From: a virus
DNA: 64,000 bases
Reading direction: 5' to 3' (one strand)
IMG/VR virus record: IMGVR_UViG_3300025684_000016
Span: 10,842 to 74,841 of that record
This document shows, one piece after another, positions 17,749 through 26,112 of this stretch; within the stretch, counting starts at the first letter, position 1; every line of letters begins with the position of its first letter. The notes beneath the pieces are model-generated. The model made no database searches, was not told the origin of the DNA, and worked only from the letters and a program-made list of their open reading frames with translations. Both the position numbers and the translations under genes were made by a program.

Positions 17749-20091
17749 TTAAGAGATTTTTGTGGTGATTGATTCTATAATGGATACGTTCTCTTCTTTC
17801 TTAACCATCAACAGGTTATCTGACCAAGTTCGTATTAATGGATTGTGAGAAATTACAAAAATATTTTCAAAATATTCTTTTATTTTTTTAAAAAACTCAC
17901 CAACCATCTCCAAATTTTCATCCGCAATCTTACCAAATACCTCGTCCATTACAACAATGTTTGGTTTTGGAAGTGCAGAAACCTTAGTTAGAACCGCACG
18001 TAATGCAAGAGACGCAATTGTTCTTTCATAACCTGAACCTGAGTTTAGTGGTTTAACAACTCTTGTATCACTATCAATCATAACAAAGTCCAATTCATTC
18101 CTCTCATTAATATTTACCTCCAATTTAAAGTAACAACTATCATCTAACAACATACTTAACTCATTATTTAATAAAGGTATCATGTCTCGAAGTATGGTTT
18201 TTGAAATACCGTTCTTACCAAAAACAGAAAGATAAGTCTTATATGTTAATTGTACCTGTTCCTCATTTTTTATTTTGGTGATTAGTTCCTTATTAATTGC
18301 AATCTTCTCTTTTAAATTCTTTATTTCATTTCTAAACCTCTCAATTTGAATGTTAGATTGTTTTATATTAGAATCTGCGGTTTCTATTTGAGTCCTAAGG
18401 ATGACTAATTCCTTATCAATTTGTATATTTCTCTCGTGTTTTATCTTGTTAGCTTCGTAATAATTAATCTTTGTTATCTTAGCGTCTAATTCAAGTTTCT
18501 TTTGGTCTATTTCCAATTCATACTTAGCCGAGATAAGTTTATTTTTCTCATACTCGTCATATTCTTTTTTAAGTGTTGAAAGTACAACCTCACTTTTAAT
18601 TGATTCATCAAGAAGTGTTTGTGTTTTCTTTATTGACTCCTCCAATTCAACGATTGATAACTTCTTAGTGTCAATCTCTTTAGTATGGTCAACATTCTCT
18701 AAGGGTCTCTTACATTCCGAACAGACACTACCGTCAGTTAAGTGTTTAATGTGTGTAGTGACTTTATTAATTGAAAGACCACCTTCTTTTATCTCATAAT
18801 TAAGATCCCTAATCTTATCTTTTAAAGTGTCGTGTTTATCCTCATAGTAATATTCCTTAGGTTCCACAACAACAGTTGTTTTTAAGGTTTCCTCAATCTT
18901 TTTTATCTTAACGTTAATGTCACTAATCTCATTAGTTAAAGTCTGCACATTTGTTTTAAAGAGTGCTTGATCAATATCATTATGTTTTTCACTTAATAGA
19001 CTTTCTTTTTTTTGAACTAACTCACCCGATTTAACCGTAGTGTCATTCAGTTTTTTCTCCTCAATAACAATAGTCTTGTCAACATCAATTATAGTATCAC
19101 TAAAAGTTACATTCTGATTTTCTAATGTAAATGCATTGTGAGTGTTAGAGACCATGGTTCTTGAATACTCGTTATACATAACCTTACAGACCGATTCTTT
19201 TTCTTTTAAAGTGTCAAGACCCATAAACTTAGTAAGTATTGCACCTCTTGCCGTTGGTTTTGAATCAATTAATTCTTCAAGATTATAACCTGTTGTTAAT
19301 ATCGTAGATAAAAAATCTTCTTGGGTACCAATTGCCTTGGTAATAAATTGTTCAGTTTCCCTTCTTTGTTCACCAGCTAAATTCTGTATATCTCCATTGG
19401 GTAATACTTTAGAGAATTGTAAATCTGTTTTAACGGTATATTCATCACTCCTACCTTTTTTCCTTGTGATAGTACGTTCGATAATGTAATCATCCCCATC
19501 AATTGTTATTAATCCTTTAACCTCAACACTATCCTTATCGGTAAATCTGTTAAAGACCTCTGCATTTGTTTTGGTCTTTGTTGTAGTATTAAAAAATAGA
19601 AATAACAGTAAGTCCACCGTTGATGTTGATTTACCTCCGAAATTTTTAGGTGTTGACTCAACCACCGTAATTCCTTCTAATCCTGTGAAATCAATAACAT
19701 TATTATCACCAAAGGAAAGGAAATTGGAGAACTCAACATTCTTTATATACCATCTATTGTATTTAACACGATTCTCTTCTTTGTTAAAAATCTCTTCATT
19801 AATTTTATTATCTAAACGATCAAGATAATCAATATTAGAATTAATGTTATTTTGTATAACGAAATCCCTCATTAACGCTTTTTGGTAGTTAGGGTCTGTT
19901 ATACTATCAGAAACTTCAAGAGATTTTAATTTTGCATTACTATTGTTACTGAGAATTTTGGTAATAATTTTAACATGACGAGTATTGTACTTGTCTTTAA
20001 AATATTCTTTTACCCTTTTAATTCTTTCTGGTGTAAATGCATCGGGTGTGTCTGCCCACGTAACCTTAATCTGAGGATTTTTGTATTCCAT
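17749..20091 (-). CDS. Rad50/SbcC (T4 gp46-like) ATPase with ~113-aa N-terminal extension
   Basis: NFLSFG, Walker A-like NFGGKST, coiled coils, CSEC zinc hook, GSGYE signature, VVMDEVF Walker B, ISH. Confidence 0.92.
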   Translation of the reverse strand: MEYKNPQIKVTWADTPDAFTPERIKRVKEYFKDKYNTRHVKIITKILSNNSNAKLKSLEVSDSITDPNYQKALMRDFVIQNNINSNIDYLDRLDNKINEEIFNKEENRVKYNRWYIKNVEFSNFLSFGDNNVIDFTGLEGITVVESTPKNFGGKSTSTVDLLLFLFFNTTTKTKTNAEVFNRFTDKDSVEVKGLITIDGDDYIIERTITRKKGRSDEYTVKTDLQFSKVLPNGDIQNLAGEQRRETEQFITKAIGTQEDFLSTILTTGYNLEELIDSKPTARGAILTKFMGLDTLKEKESVCKVMYNEYSRTMVSNTHNAFTLENQNVTFSDTIIDVDKTIVIEEKKLNDTTVKSGELVQKKESLLSEKHNDIDQALFKTNVQTLTNEISDINVKIKKIEETLKTTVVVEPKEYYYEDKHDTLKDKIRDLNYEIKEGGLSINKVTTHIKHLTDGSVCSECKRPLENVDHTKEIDTKKLSIVELEESIKKTQTLLDESIKSEVVLSTLKKEYDEYEKNKLISAKYELEIDQKKLELDAKITKINYYEANKIKHERNIQIDKELVILRTQIETADSNIKQSNIQIERFRNEIKNLKEKIAINKELITKIKNEEQVQLTYKTYLSVFGKNGISKTILRDMIPLLNNELSMLLDDSCYFKLEVNINERNELDFVMIDSDTRVVKPLNSGSGYERTIASLALRAVLTKVSALPKPNIVVMDEVFGKIADENLEMVGEFFKKIKEYFENIFVISHNPLIRTWSDNLLMVKKEENVSIIESITTKIS

Positions 20092-20605
20092 TTATTCTCT
20101 GTTTGGTGTATTTTCCGTTTCTTAAATCGTAAGTTTCGACATGTTCCTTCCTAAAGGATAACCATTCTTCAACTTCGTTACTATTTCTTGGTTTAAACTT
20201 TGATCTAACCAATTTGTCTGAGTCCCTAATAGTATTAGGTCGTATAACAATAAACTGTGTAAAGTCAACATTGGACCTTACAAAAATATTCTTCTCACTA
20301 CTCTTATTTTCTCTTAACTTATTGTACGAATAGTATTGGTCTAACCAATATTTTTCCTTTCTACTTGGTATGTTAGCGGTTTGAAAACTTTGTTCTGAGA
20401 TCAATGAGTAGTTTTGGTTATCCCAAAAATTACCGACCCATTTACCGTGTTCAACCTCAACACCCAATCTTGAATCTTTAACCCCAACTAAATCAATTCT
20501 ATTATGTACGTCATTATGCTTTAGATTAACCTTAAATTTAATTTTAAAGAATTCTATTACTGCATTTCTTATTAAGGTATCATTAAACTTACCGGGTATA
20601 AACAT
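20066..20605 (-). CDS. Putative PD-(D/E)xK restriction-like nuclease
   Basis: IDLVG...LGVEVEHGKW (D...ExE) pattern; basic, 179 aa. Confidence 0.5.
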   Translation of the reverse strand: MFIPGKFNDTLIRNAVIEFFKIKFKVNLKHNDVHNRIDLVGVKDSRLGVEVEHGKWVGNFWDNQNYSLISEQSFQTANIPSRKEKYWLDQYYSYNKLRENKSSEKNIFVRSNVDFTQFIVIRPNTIRDSDKLVRSKFKPRNSNEVEEWLSFRKEHVETYDLRNGKYTKQRINGIQKSSD

Positions 20606-20611
20606 TCATCA

Positions 20612-20923
20612 TCATTTTATTCTACTCTCTTCGAAGAATTCAATGACAGAGTTAAGTGCCCACACTGCACCAGCAGTGAAGAGACCGTCGAAAAAGATAC
20701 CGAAGTATCCAACATTAAATAAATCCTTAGTTATTCCACCCAATGTAATAGATAGGAAGAACCCTACCCACGTTGCAGTACAAAGGGGACAGTTAATAAG
20801 TTCTCCAAAAAATTTAGAGTGTTTTGTAATCCACGTACGTAGTCCCTCAAAGATTGACCCGTATACAATTATGGTCGTCATTCCATACGCCATAAAAGTC
20901 CAAAATATTAATAATCCGATCAT
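20612..20923 (-). CDS. DUF1360-like membrane protein
   Basis: Three hydrophobic helices and FFGELINCPLCTATWVG. Confidence 0.7.
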   Translation of the reverse strand: MIGLLIFWTFMAYGMTTIIVYGSIFEGLRTWITKHSKFFGELINCPLCTATWVGFFLSITLGGITKDLFNVGYFGIFFDGLFTAGAVWALNSVIEFFEESRIK

Positions 20924-20928
20924 AGTAA

Positions 20929-20957
20929 AATATACAGATTATTAATTTAGTAATCAA
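20929..20957 (-). promoter_or_regulatory. Sigma70-like promoter (leaderless geometry)
   Basis: TTGATT-17-TATATT, followed 5 nt later by ATG 20923. Confidence 0.7.
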
Positions 20958-20960
20958 CCC

Positions 20961-21500
20961 CTATTCATCATATAAAGACCCCAAATTGGAACTCTTCATA
21001 TACTTTGCTCGGTTGAAACCTGAAAGTGATGTTGTTATTTTATCGAGATCCTCGATAAGTTTCGCGTTTTCTACCTTTAACTTTTCAATCTCTTGATCGT
21101 CGGTTATGTAAATTGGTTTTTCTACAATGACTTCTTTTATCACTTCTTTAGTGACAACTTCCGTATCGGATTTGACAGGTACTTCTTTTATCACCTCAAC
21201 AATCTTCTCAACGATCACCTCTTTGGTGATTGTCTTTGGTTTTTTACTAAGTTCTGTCTCTAATTTATCCACTTTTTGGGACAACTCCTCGATTTTTTTG
21301 GTGTCTTCAACCTCAACGACCTTCTCCACTTCTTTAATAACGTCTTTACCACGTGCAATTGAAGGTGTCTCACCAAATTTTAATATAGTGTAACCTCTTT
21401 CAAACACATCGTGTGCCAATTCTTCAATTTTATCAATATTATTTAACTCACAATACTGAATAAATTCTTTACTTAAAGTTAAGGAGTATTTCTTTTTCAT
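20961..21500 (-). CDS. Hypothetical protein with KEVIKEV/VEK repeats and coiled coil (likely start MKKKYSL)
   Basis: Low-complexity V/E/K/I repeats; ATG at 21500. Confidence 0.75.
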   Translation of the reverse strand: MKKKYSLTLSKEFIQYCELNNIDKIEELAHDVFERGYTILKFGETPSIARGKDVIKEVEKVVEVEDTKKIEELSQKVDKLETELSKKPKTITKEVIVEKIVEVIKEVPVKSDTEVVTKEVIKEVIVEKPIYITDDQEIEKLKVENAKLIEDLDKITTSLSGFNRAKYMKSSNLGSLYDE

Positions 21501-22272
21501 CGTCAATGTCTTTAATATCACTTATTGAGAAATGAAGGAAAGGTTCTTCATTATCTATGTCATGAAATGTGTATTTATCGGTTGGTACATCATAAATTCC
21601 ATATCCATGGTGTTGTACCGTTTCTCCAAAGTTTTGTTGGATCATCGACCCCACCATAATTGCTTGACCACCTTCAGGTAATTCAAAAACTTGTCTCTTA
21701 TGAATGTCACCACACAACAATAGGTCTAAACCTGTGAAACTTAGAGGTGAAAACGAATCTTCAAACTCATAACCAGTGTCCGTTGATAATCCCATTATTG
21801 GACTGTGGAATAATCCAACATATAAACCTTCCCCCTTTTCAAACTCAGGTCTTTGGTTATGTTGATACAAGGAATAAACAACCCAATTGATGTTATCGTC
21901 TTCATACACACCACTATCCTTGTAAAACCGTATGTTATCGTTGTTTAATAATTCAATGATTGGTGTTATACTGTCAATCCTTTCATGGTTATTCTCTAAG
22001 AAATCGTGATTACCTGGTATTATAACTACAGGTGATATTTGTTCTGCAATATCATTTAAGAACTTTGCAGTTATGATTAATTGTTCATTTGAGATATTAA
22101 TCTTTTCATGTACTAAATCACCCGCAATAACAACACGGACTTCTTCATAACTATATCCATCCATTTGACCCTTAACCTCTGTTAGGAATTTTTGAAATTG
22201 TTTTTCGTAGTTCTCATGGTATAGTTGTCTACGAATGTGGATGTCGGCGGTGTGTATAATCTTCTTAATCAT
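21469..22272 (-). CDS. Mre11/SbcD (T4 gp47-like) metallophosphoesterase nuclease
   Basis: HTADIH, AGDLVH, PGNHD, FH and GDIH motifs; near Rad50/SbcC. Confidence 0.9.
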   Translation of the reverse strand: MIKKIIHTADIHIRRQLYHENYEKQFQKFLTEVKGQMDGYSYEEVRVVIAGDLVHEKINISNEQLIITAKFLNDIAEQISPVVIIPGNHDFLENNHERIDSITPIIELLNNDNIRFYKDSGVYEDDNINWVVYSLYQHNQRPEFEKGEGLYVGLFHSPIMGLSTDTGYEFEDSFSPLSFTGLDLLLCGDIHKRQVFELPEGGQAIMVGSMIQQNFGETVQHHGYGIYDVPTDKYTFHDIDNEEPFLHFSISDIKDIDDEKEILLNFK

Positions 22273-22699
22273 CTAATTTCATTTTTTTACGATATTCATC
22301 GTGTATTAATTTTTTAAACTTAGTTGTACTCCAACCATGTTCCCTTCCAATATAATGTATTGGTACCTCTAATTCAGAACCCGTAAAGTCAGTCCTATTT
22401 TTATAATCATCACCCAAAAACCTAACATCGGGGTTAAGATTTTTAATTAACTCTAAAAGATCTTTCTCAAACGTATATATATGTACATCACTTACGTATC
22501 TAACAGAAAGTAATGTTTTCATTCTTTCCTCCACACTGAGTATTGGTTTTATTTTTTCTTTAGGTCTTTCAATTGATGGGTCTGTATGTAATAAAACCAC
22601 AAACCGTTTACACATCTCACTACACTCCCTAAACATATGGATATAACCCGGATGGATTACATCAAAATTACCAGCTATTATTCCTACTTCATATTTCAT
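22265..22699 (-). CDS. Cytidylyltransferase-like nucleotidyltransferase (TagD/GCT family), copy 2
   Basis: GNFDVIHPGY, LGDDY, REHGWSTTK. Confidence 0.85.
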   Translation of the reverse strand: MKYEVGIIAGNFDVIHPGYIHMFRECSEMCKRFVVLLHTDPSIERPKEKIKPILSVEERMKTLLSVRYVSDVHIYTFEKDLLELIKNLNPDVRFLGDDYKNRTDFTGSELEVPIHYIGREHGWSTTKFKKLIHDEYRKKMKLDD

Positions 22700-22996
22700 C
22701 TACAGTAAATTAATAAGTAATGGTGCAACTTTATAACCAACATATGCCCCGATTGCTGTTGGTACGGGAAACACAATAAATTTACCTAAATCCGTAACAT
22801 ACTTCGGTCGACTCACTATCTTACCTAAAAAAAAGTAATATATTAAATACGATAAAAGGACGGCGATGTCTATTTTAATTGTTACTGAAACGATAACAAC
22901 CGCACCCAATAAACCATATATGAAATTATAAAGGACACCATCTACCCATATTTCCTTTTTATCATTTTCACGATATTCATTAACTAACTTCTTCAT
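22700..22996 (-). CDS. Small three-TM membrane protein
   Basis: Hydrophobic 98-aa ORF between the two cytidylyltransferases. Confidence 0.7.
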   Translation of the reverse strand: MKKLVNEYRENDKKEIWVDGVLYNFIYGLLGAVVIVSVTIKIDIAVLLSYLIYYFFLGKIVSRPKYVTDLGKFIVFPVPTAIGAYVGYKVAPLLINLL

Positions 22997-23453
22997 TGTT
23001 GTTTAAAATATTTGGGTTTTGTTTAATTGTTTGTTTTGTGATTAGATCTTTTATTTTTGTCGTTGACCAATCGTGAGATCGAGTAGTGTAAATCACTTTT
23101 ATCGGTAAATAGTCACCCGTAAATGGTTTTCCAAGATAATCTTCACCTAAAATCCTAACACTTGGTTTTATAATTGAAATCAATTCTAATAACTCTTCCT
23201 CAGTCTGATATACAAATACCTCATCAATGTACCTTATTGACATTAAAGTCTTATACCTCTCATATAATGGTACCACAGGTTTGTATTTACTCTTTCTGTG
23301 AAGTGAGGGGTCCCTCTGTAAAAAAACCACGAACCAATCACAATGTTGTTTTGCTGTTTCAAATGTATATATGTAACCAGGATGTAGTAAGTCAAAATTA
23401 CCAGCGGTAAAACCAACTACTTTTTTTTCGGGTTGAAATGACACAATTTCCAC
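22980..23453 (-). CDS. Cytidylyltransferase-like nucleotidyltransferase (TagD/GCT family), copy 1
   Basis: GNFDLLHPGY, LGEDY, RSHDWSTTK. Confidence 0.85.
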   Translation of the reverse strand: MEIVSFQPEKKVVGFTAGNFDLLHPGYIYTFETAKQHCDWFVVFLQRDPSLHRKSKYKPVVPLYERYKTLMSIRYIDEVFVYQTEEELLELISIIKPSVRILGEDYLGKPFTGDYLPIKVIYTTRSHDWSTTKIKDLITKQTIKQNPNILNNNEEVS

Positions 23454-24307
23454 TATTTTAAGACTTTTTCCATATCTAATAGGTAAATCTTTTGAATCAC
23501 ATCCATCGGTACTTTATACTCTTCGAACTCACCATCTTCCTTCACAAGTACTACAATGGAACCTAATAGTTTTTTATTTTCAAACTCAGTACCCTCTAAC
23601 ATTTTATTTAATAACCTACCATAAAAGGGTAGTTGTAGATAATAATGTCCAAGTGCTGTACTATCAATGTTATTGAAGGGTGGATACATTTTCTTAGTGT
23701 ATCTTTGTTTTTTAAAGTTAATTGGTTTGTTTGTTTTCCAATCCGTAATTAAAATACCGTAGTCCGTACCTTGTTTGTTTTCAACCAACCATACTTTATC
23801 GGGTTGACCCACATAACCTAAGTCAGGATCACCTAAAACAATTTCAGTATCAAGTAATACCGCGTTTCTCTCATGCATTAGATCGAGGAACTTATGACCC
23901 GCAGTAATCATGTTATTACTTCTTTCGATCTGTTCATCGTCACAGACGTAGATCGGTTCTCTTACTTTTTTATAATCACCATACTGTTCAATTAACTCTT
24001 TTTCTAAGATATAATGAACCCTACTTCCTTGATTGGTTGCATAAGTACCTTTATCCGCCCACTCCTGCAGTAATTCTTTTTGTTTTGTTCGGTCACCTTT
24101 TGACATCCTTAACGATATCGCATCTGACTGAAATTCCTCGTAAAATTTCTTTATAATTTTTGAGACTGATGGGTAGTTTGACCTAATCATACCATGTTTG
24201 TCTCTCATATAATAAATGTGGTCCTCTTCAATAAAAGAAAGATCTATATCTTTTCTTCTTCTATTTAATATTTTCCTAATCTTCTCCGCTTCTATTTTTA
24301 AATCCAT
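23453..24307 (-). CDS. PD-(D/E)xK exonuclease (RecB/lambda-exo/Cas4-like)
   Basis: PSVSKII, GSRVH, GQPDKVW, ITDWKT, YYLQLPFY. Confidence 0.85.
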   Translation of the reverse strand: MDLKIEAEKIRKILNRRRKDIDLSFIEEDHIYYMRDKHGMIRSNYPSVSKIIKKFYEEFQSDAISLRMSKGDRTKQKELLQEWADKGTYATNQGSRVHYILEKELIEQYGDYKKVREPIYVCDDEQIERSNNMITAGHKFLDLMHERNAVLLDTEIVLGDPDLGYVGQPDKVWLVENKQGTDYGILITDWKTNKPINFKKQRYTKKMYPPFNNIDSTALGHYYLQLPFYGRLLNKMLEGTEFENKKLLGSIVVLVKEDGEFEEYKVPMDVIQKIYLLDMEKVLK

Positions 24308-25242
24308 TAATCTAATTGTATTTCTTTAAACTCTGATAGATCTCCTTGCATATCCGCAATATCCCTATCCATTGGTAACTTCATTACCCATATTTTTCCT
24401 AATAATTTTCCTGCATTCATTCTGTGGTATAACTTTTCGGTATCATTCCAAGCATCACCATCTAAAACAATAACAACTTTCTTTGCCTTTCCGTAAAGAG
24501 TCATAAAAAGATGTTCGGTGATGAACTTACCTAACATTGGTATTGAATTATCTAAAAATAGACTATCAAATACACCCTCAACTAAGTACACGGGTTTGGT
24601 CCAATCCACCATATGTTCATTCCAAATAAGACTATCCTTATCCGCTTGTGGGTTCTTATACTTCATTCGTGTCCAACTAAGGAACGATCGTGCAACAAAG
24701 AAATTTACATATCCTTTATTATCATACGATGGAATTATTATCCTATTTTCATATGGTCCACTATCACAATACCCCATTCGATGTTTTATGATCATGTCCT
24801 TTGTGATGTTTCTTGACTTTAGATAATTGAATGCCTCCCTGAATTTATGTGTCATTTGTCGACCTTCGGACGATTTACTAAACTCAACAAACTCATATGG
24901 TAGTCGAACAATTGTGTCTCTTTTATCCACAACCATGACCAAATCTTCGGGAGTATAAAGTGTGAATTGTTTATACTGTCTCGGTGATGCGTACTTTCTA
25001 ACCAACTTATTTAAATGACCTTTTGTGTTTTCAGTCTCCGCACATGACCAACATTTGTACACATAATTCATATAATTAATCTCCAAATTACCTTTACCAT
25101 CACCATCGTCTAACCCCTTCATGTCTGAACATACGGGACAGTCAAAAGAAATCTGACCCCTATAATCGTTGTGATTATGAGGTTCACCGAAAATATCCTG
25201 TAGGACATCAACAACTAATGAAAAATCTGCATCTTTGGTCAT
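24307..25242 (-). CDS. DNA primase (Zn finger + TOPRIM); likely start MTKDADF at 25242
   Basis: CPVC...CWSC zinc ligands, RIIIP, KYKNP, LVEGVFD, LDGDA. The ORF-track start at 25341 runs through a terminator. Confidence 0.9.
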   Translation of the reverse strand: MTKDADFSLVVDVLQDIFGEPHNHNDYRGQISFDCPVCSDMKGLDDGDGKGNLEINYMNYVYKCWSCAETENTKGHLNKLVRKYASPRQYKQFTLYTPEDLVMVVDKRDTIVRLPYEFVEFSKSSEGRQMTHKFREAFNYLKSRNITKDMIIKHRMGYCDSGPYENRIIIPSYDNKGYVNFFVARSFLSWTRMKYKNPQADKDSLIWNEHMVDWTKPVYLVEGVFDSLFLDNSIPMLGKFITEHLFMTLYGKAKKVVIVLDGDAWNDTEKLYHRMNAGKLLGKIWVMKLPMDRDIADMQGDLSEFKEIQLD

Positions 25243-25271
25243 TATACAATAATATACGAAAAAAAAATGAC

Positions 25272-25307
25272 AAAAAAAAGTCCCCAGGAACACCACTCCC
25301 CGGGGAC
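25272..25307 (-). terminator. Strong intrinsic terminator
   Basis: GTCCCCGGGGA-GTGGTG-TTCCTGGGGAC (11-bp stem including G:U pairs) followed by T8. Confidence 0.85.
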
Positions 25308-25432
25308 AACCAACTAACGTATTAAAATTAACAGAATCCAATGAATATATTTCATTTCATTTTCCTCATTAACGTTAACTTCATACGTCCCGTCCTAATA
25401 TTAAATATAACGAATCATTTCCGTAAAGTAAA
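25272..25432 (-). other. Candidate small RNA / mini-ORF transcription unit
   Basis: TTTACT-17-TATATT promoter (25432-25404), ~125-nt transcript, terminator; contains coupled 10- and 13-codon ORFs. Confidence 0.5.
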
Positions 25433-25439
25433 GACCCCT

Positions 25440-26048
25440 CTATGTATTTTCTGATTTTATTTTATTAATATAACCGATTACTGCAGTTGCCGCATCACTC
25501 ATATCATAACATTCTTTTTTTATTCTACCTGTTCGAGGTGAAATACCCCATTCAACTTCAGGAAAAAGATCATTAACGTGTTCCCACACTACATGTTTCT
25601 TATCAATATCTTTAGGATATCCACCAAACAACACATTCCTACCCTTAACGTTCTTACCAACAAGATCAGGAAACGCAAATTTTCTTGCGTTATATGTTGA
25701 AATGAAATTTGGTACAACACCTAATATATCAAAACATGATTTTAAAACCATACTATTATATCTCAATAAGGTACCAACAGTGTAAACATTATTAGAATTT
25801 AACAATGGTTCTTCAATTATAATCTTAGTAATTCCCATGTTCTTGTATTTCTCAAGTTGTTCCGCAAACCCTTCCGATTTCTTCAGTAACTCCTCAATCT
25901 TATCTTCAGGTTGTGGTTTAATCTTAGGTGTAAAGTGTGTTAGTTCCAACAAATGGGAACCTGTGATATCAAATAATGCCCAACCAATTGTCTTAGTTGA
26001 AACATCCAAACCCAAAATCTTAGGTTTATTTTTAAATTTACTATTCAT
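25440..26048 (-). CDS. RuvC-like Holliday junction resolvase
   Basis: ILGLDVSTKTIGWA, IIEEP and YDMSDA acidic motifs of the RNase H fold. Confidence 0.85.
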   Translation of the reverse strand: MNSKFKNKPKILGLDVSTKTIGWALFDITGSHLLELTHFTPKIKPQPEDKIEELLKKSEGFAEQLEKYKNMGITKIIIEEPLLNSNNVYTVGTLLRYNSMVLKSCFDILGVVPNFISTYNARKFAFPDLVGKNVKGRNVLFGGYPKDIDKKHVVWEHVNDLFPEVEWGISPRTGRIKKECYDMSDAATAVIGYINKIKSENT

Positions 26049-26068
26049 ATAATATTATATATGTAATA

Positions 26069-26097
26069 ATTATACATAATTAACATTCAATAGTAAA
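26069..26097 (-). promoter_or_regulatory. Sigma70-like promoter at the start of the DNA-metabolism block
   Basis: TTTACT-17-TATAAT. Confidence 0.6.
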
Positions 26098-26112
26098 CAC
26101 TAATTAAATTCT

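Noticed and set aside
23453-24307. Cas4 as evidence of a CRISPR-Cas system
   Set aside because: Stand-alone PD-(D/E)xK exonuclease next to primase, lacking the four-Cys Fe-S cluster pattern; no array or other cas genes.
25243-25341. ORF-track N-terminal extension of the primase (MDSVNF...FFCHFFF)
   Set aside because: It runs through a terminator hairpin and U-tract; ATG 25242 is the more plausible start.
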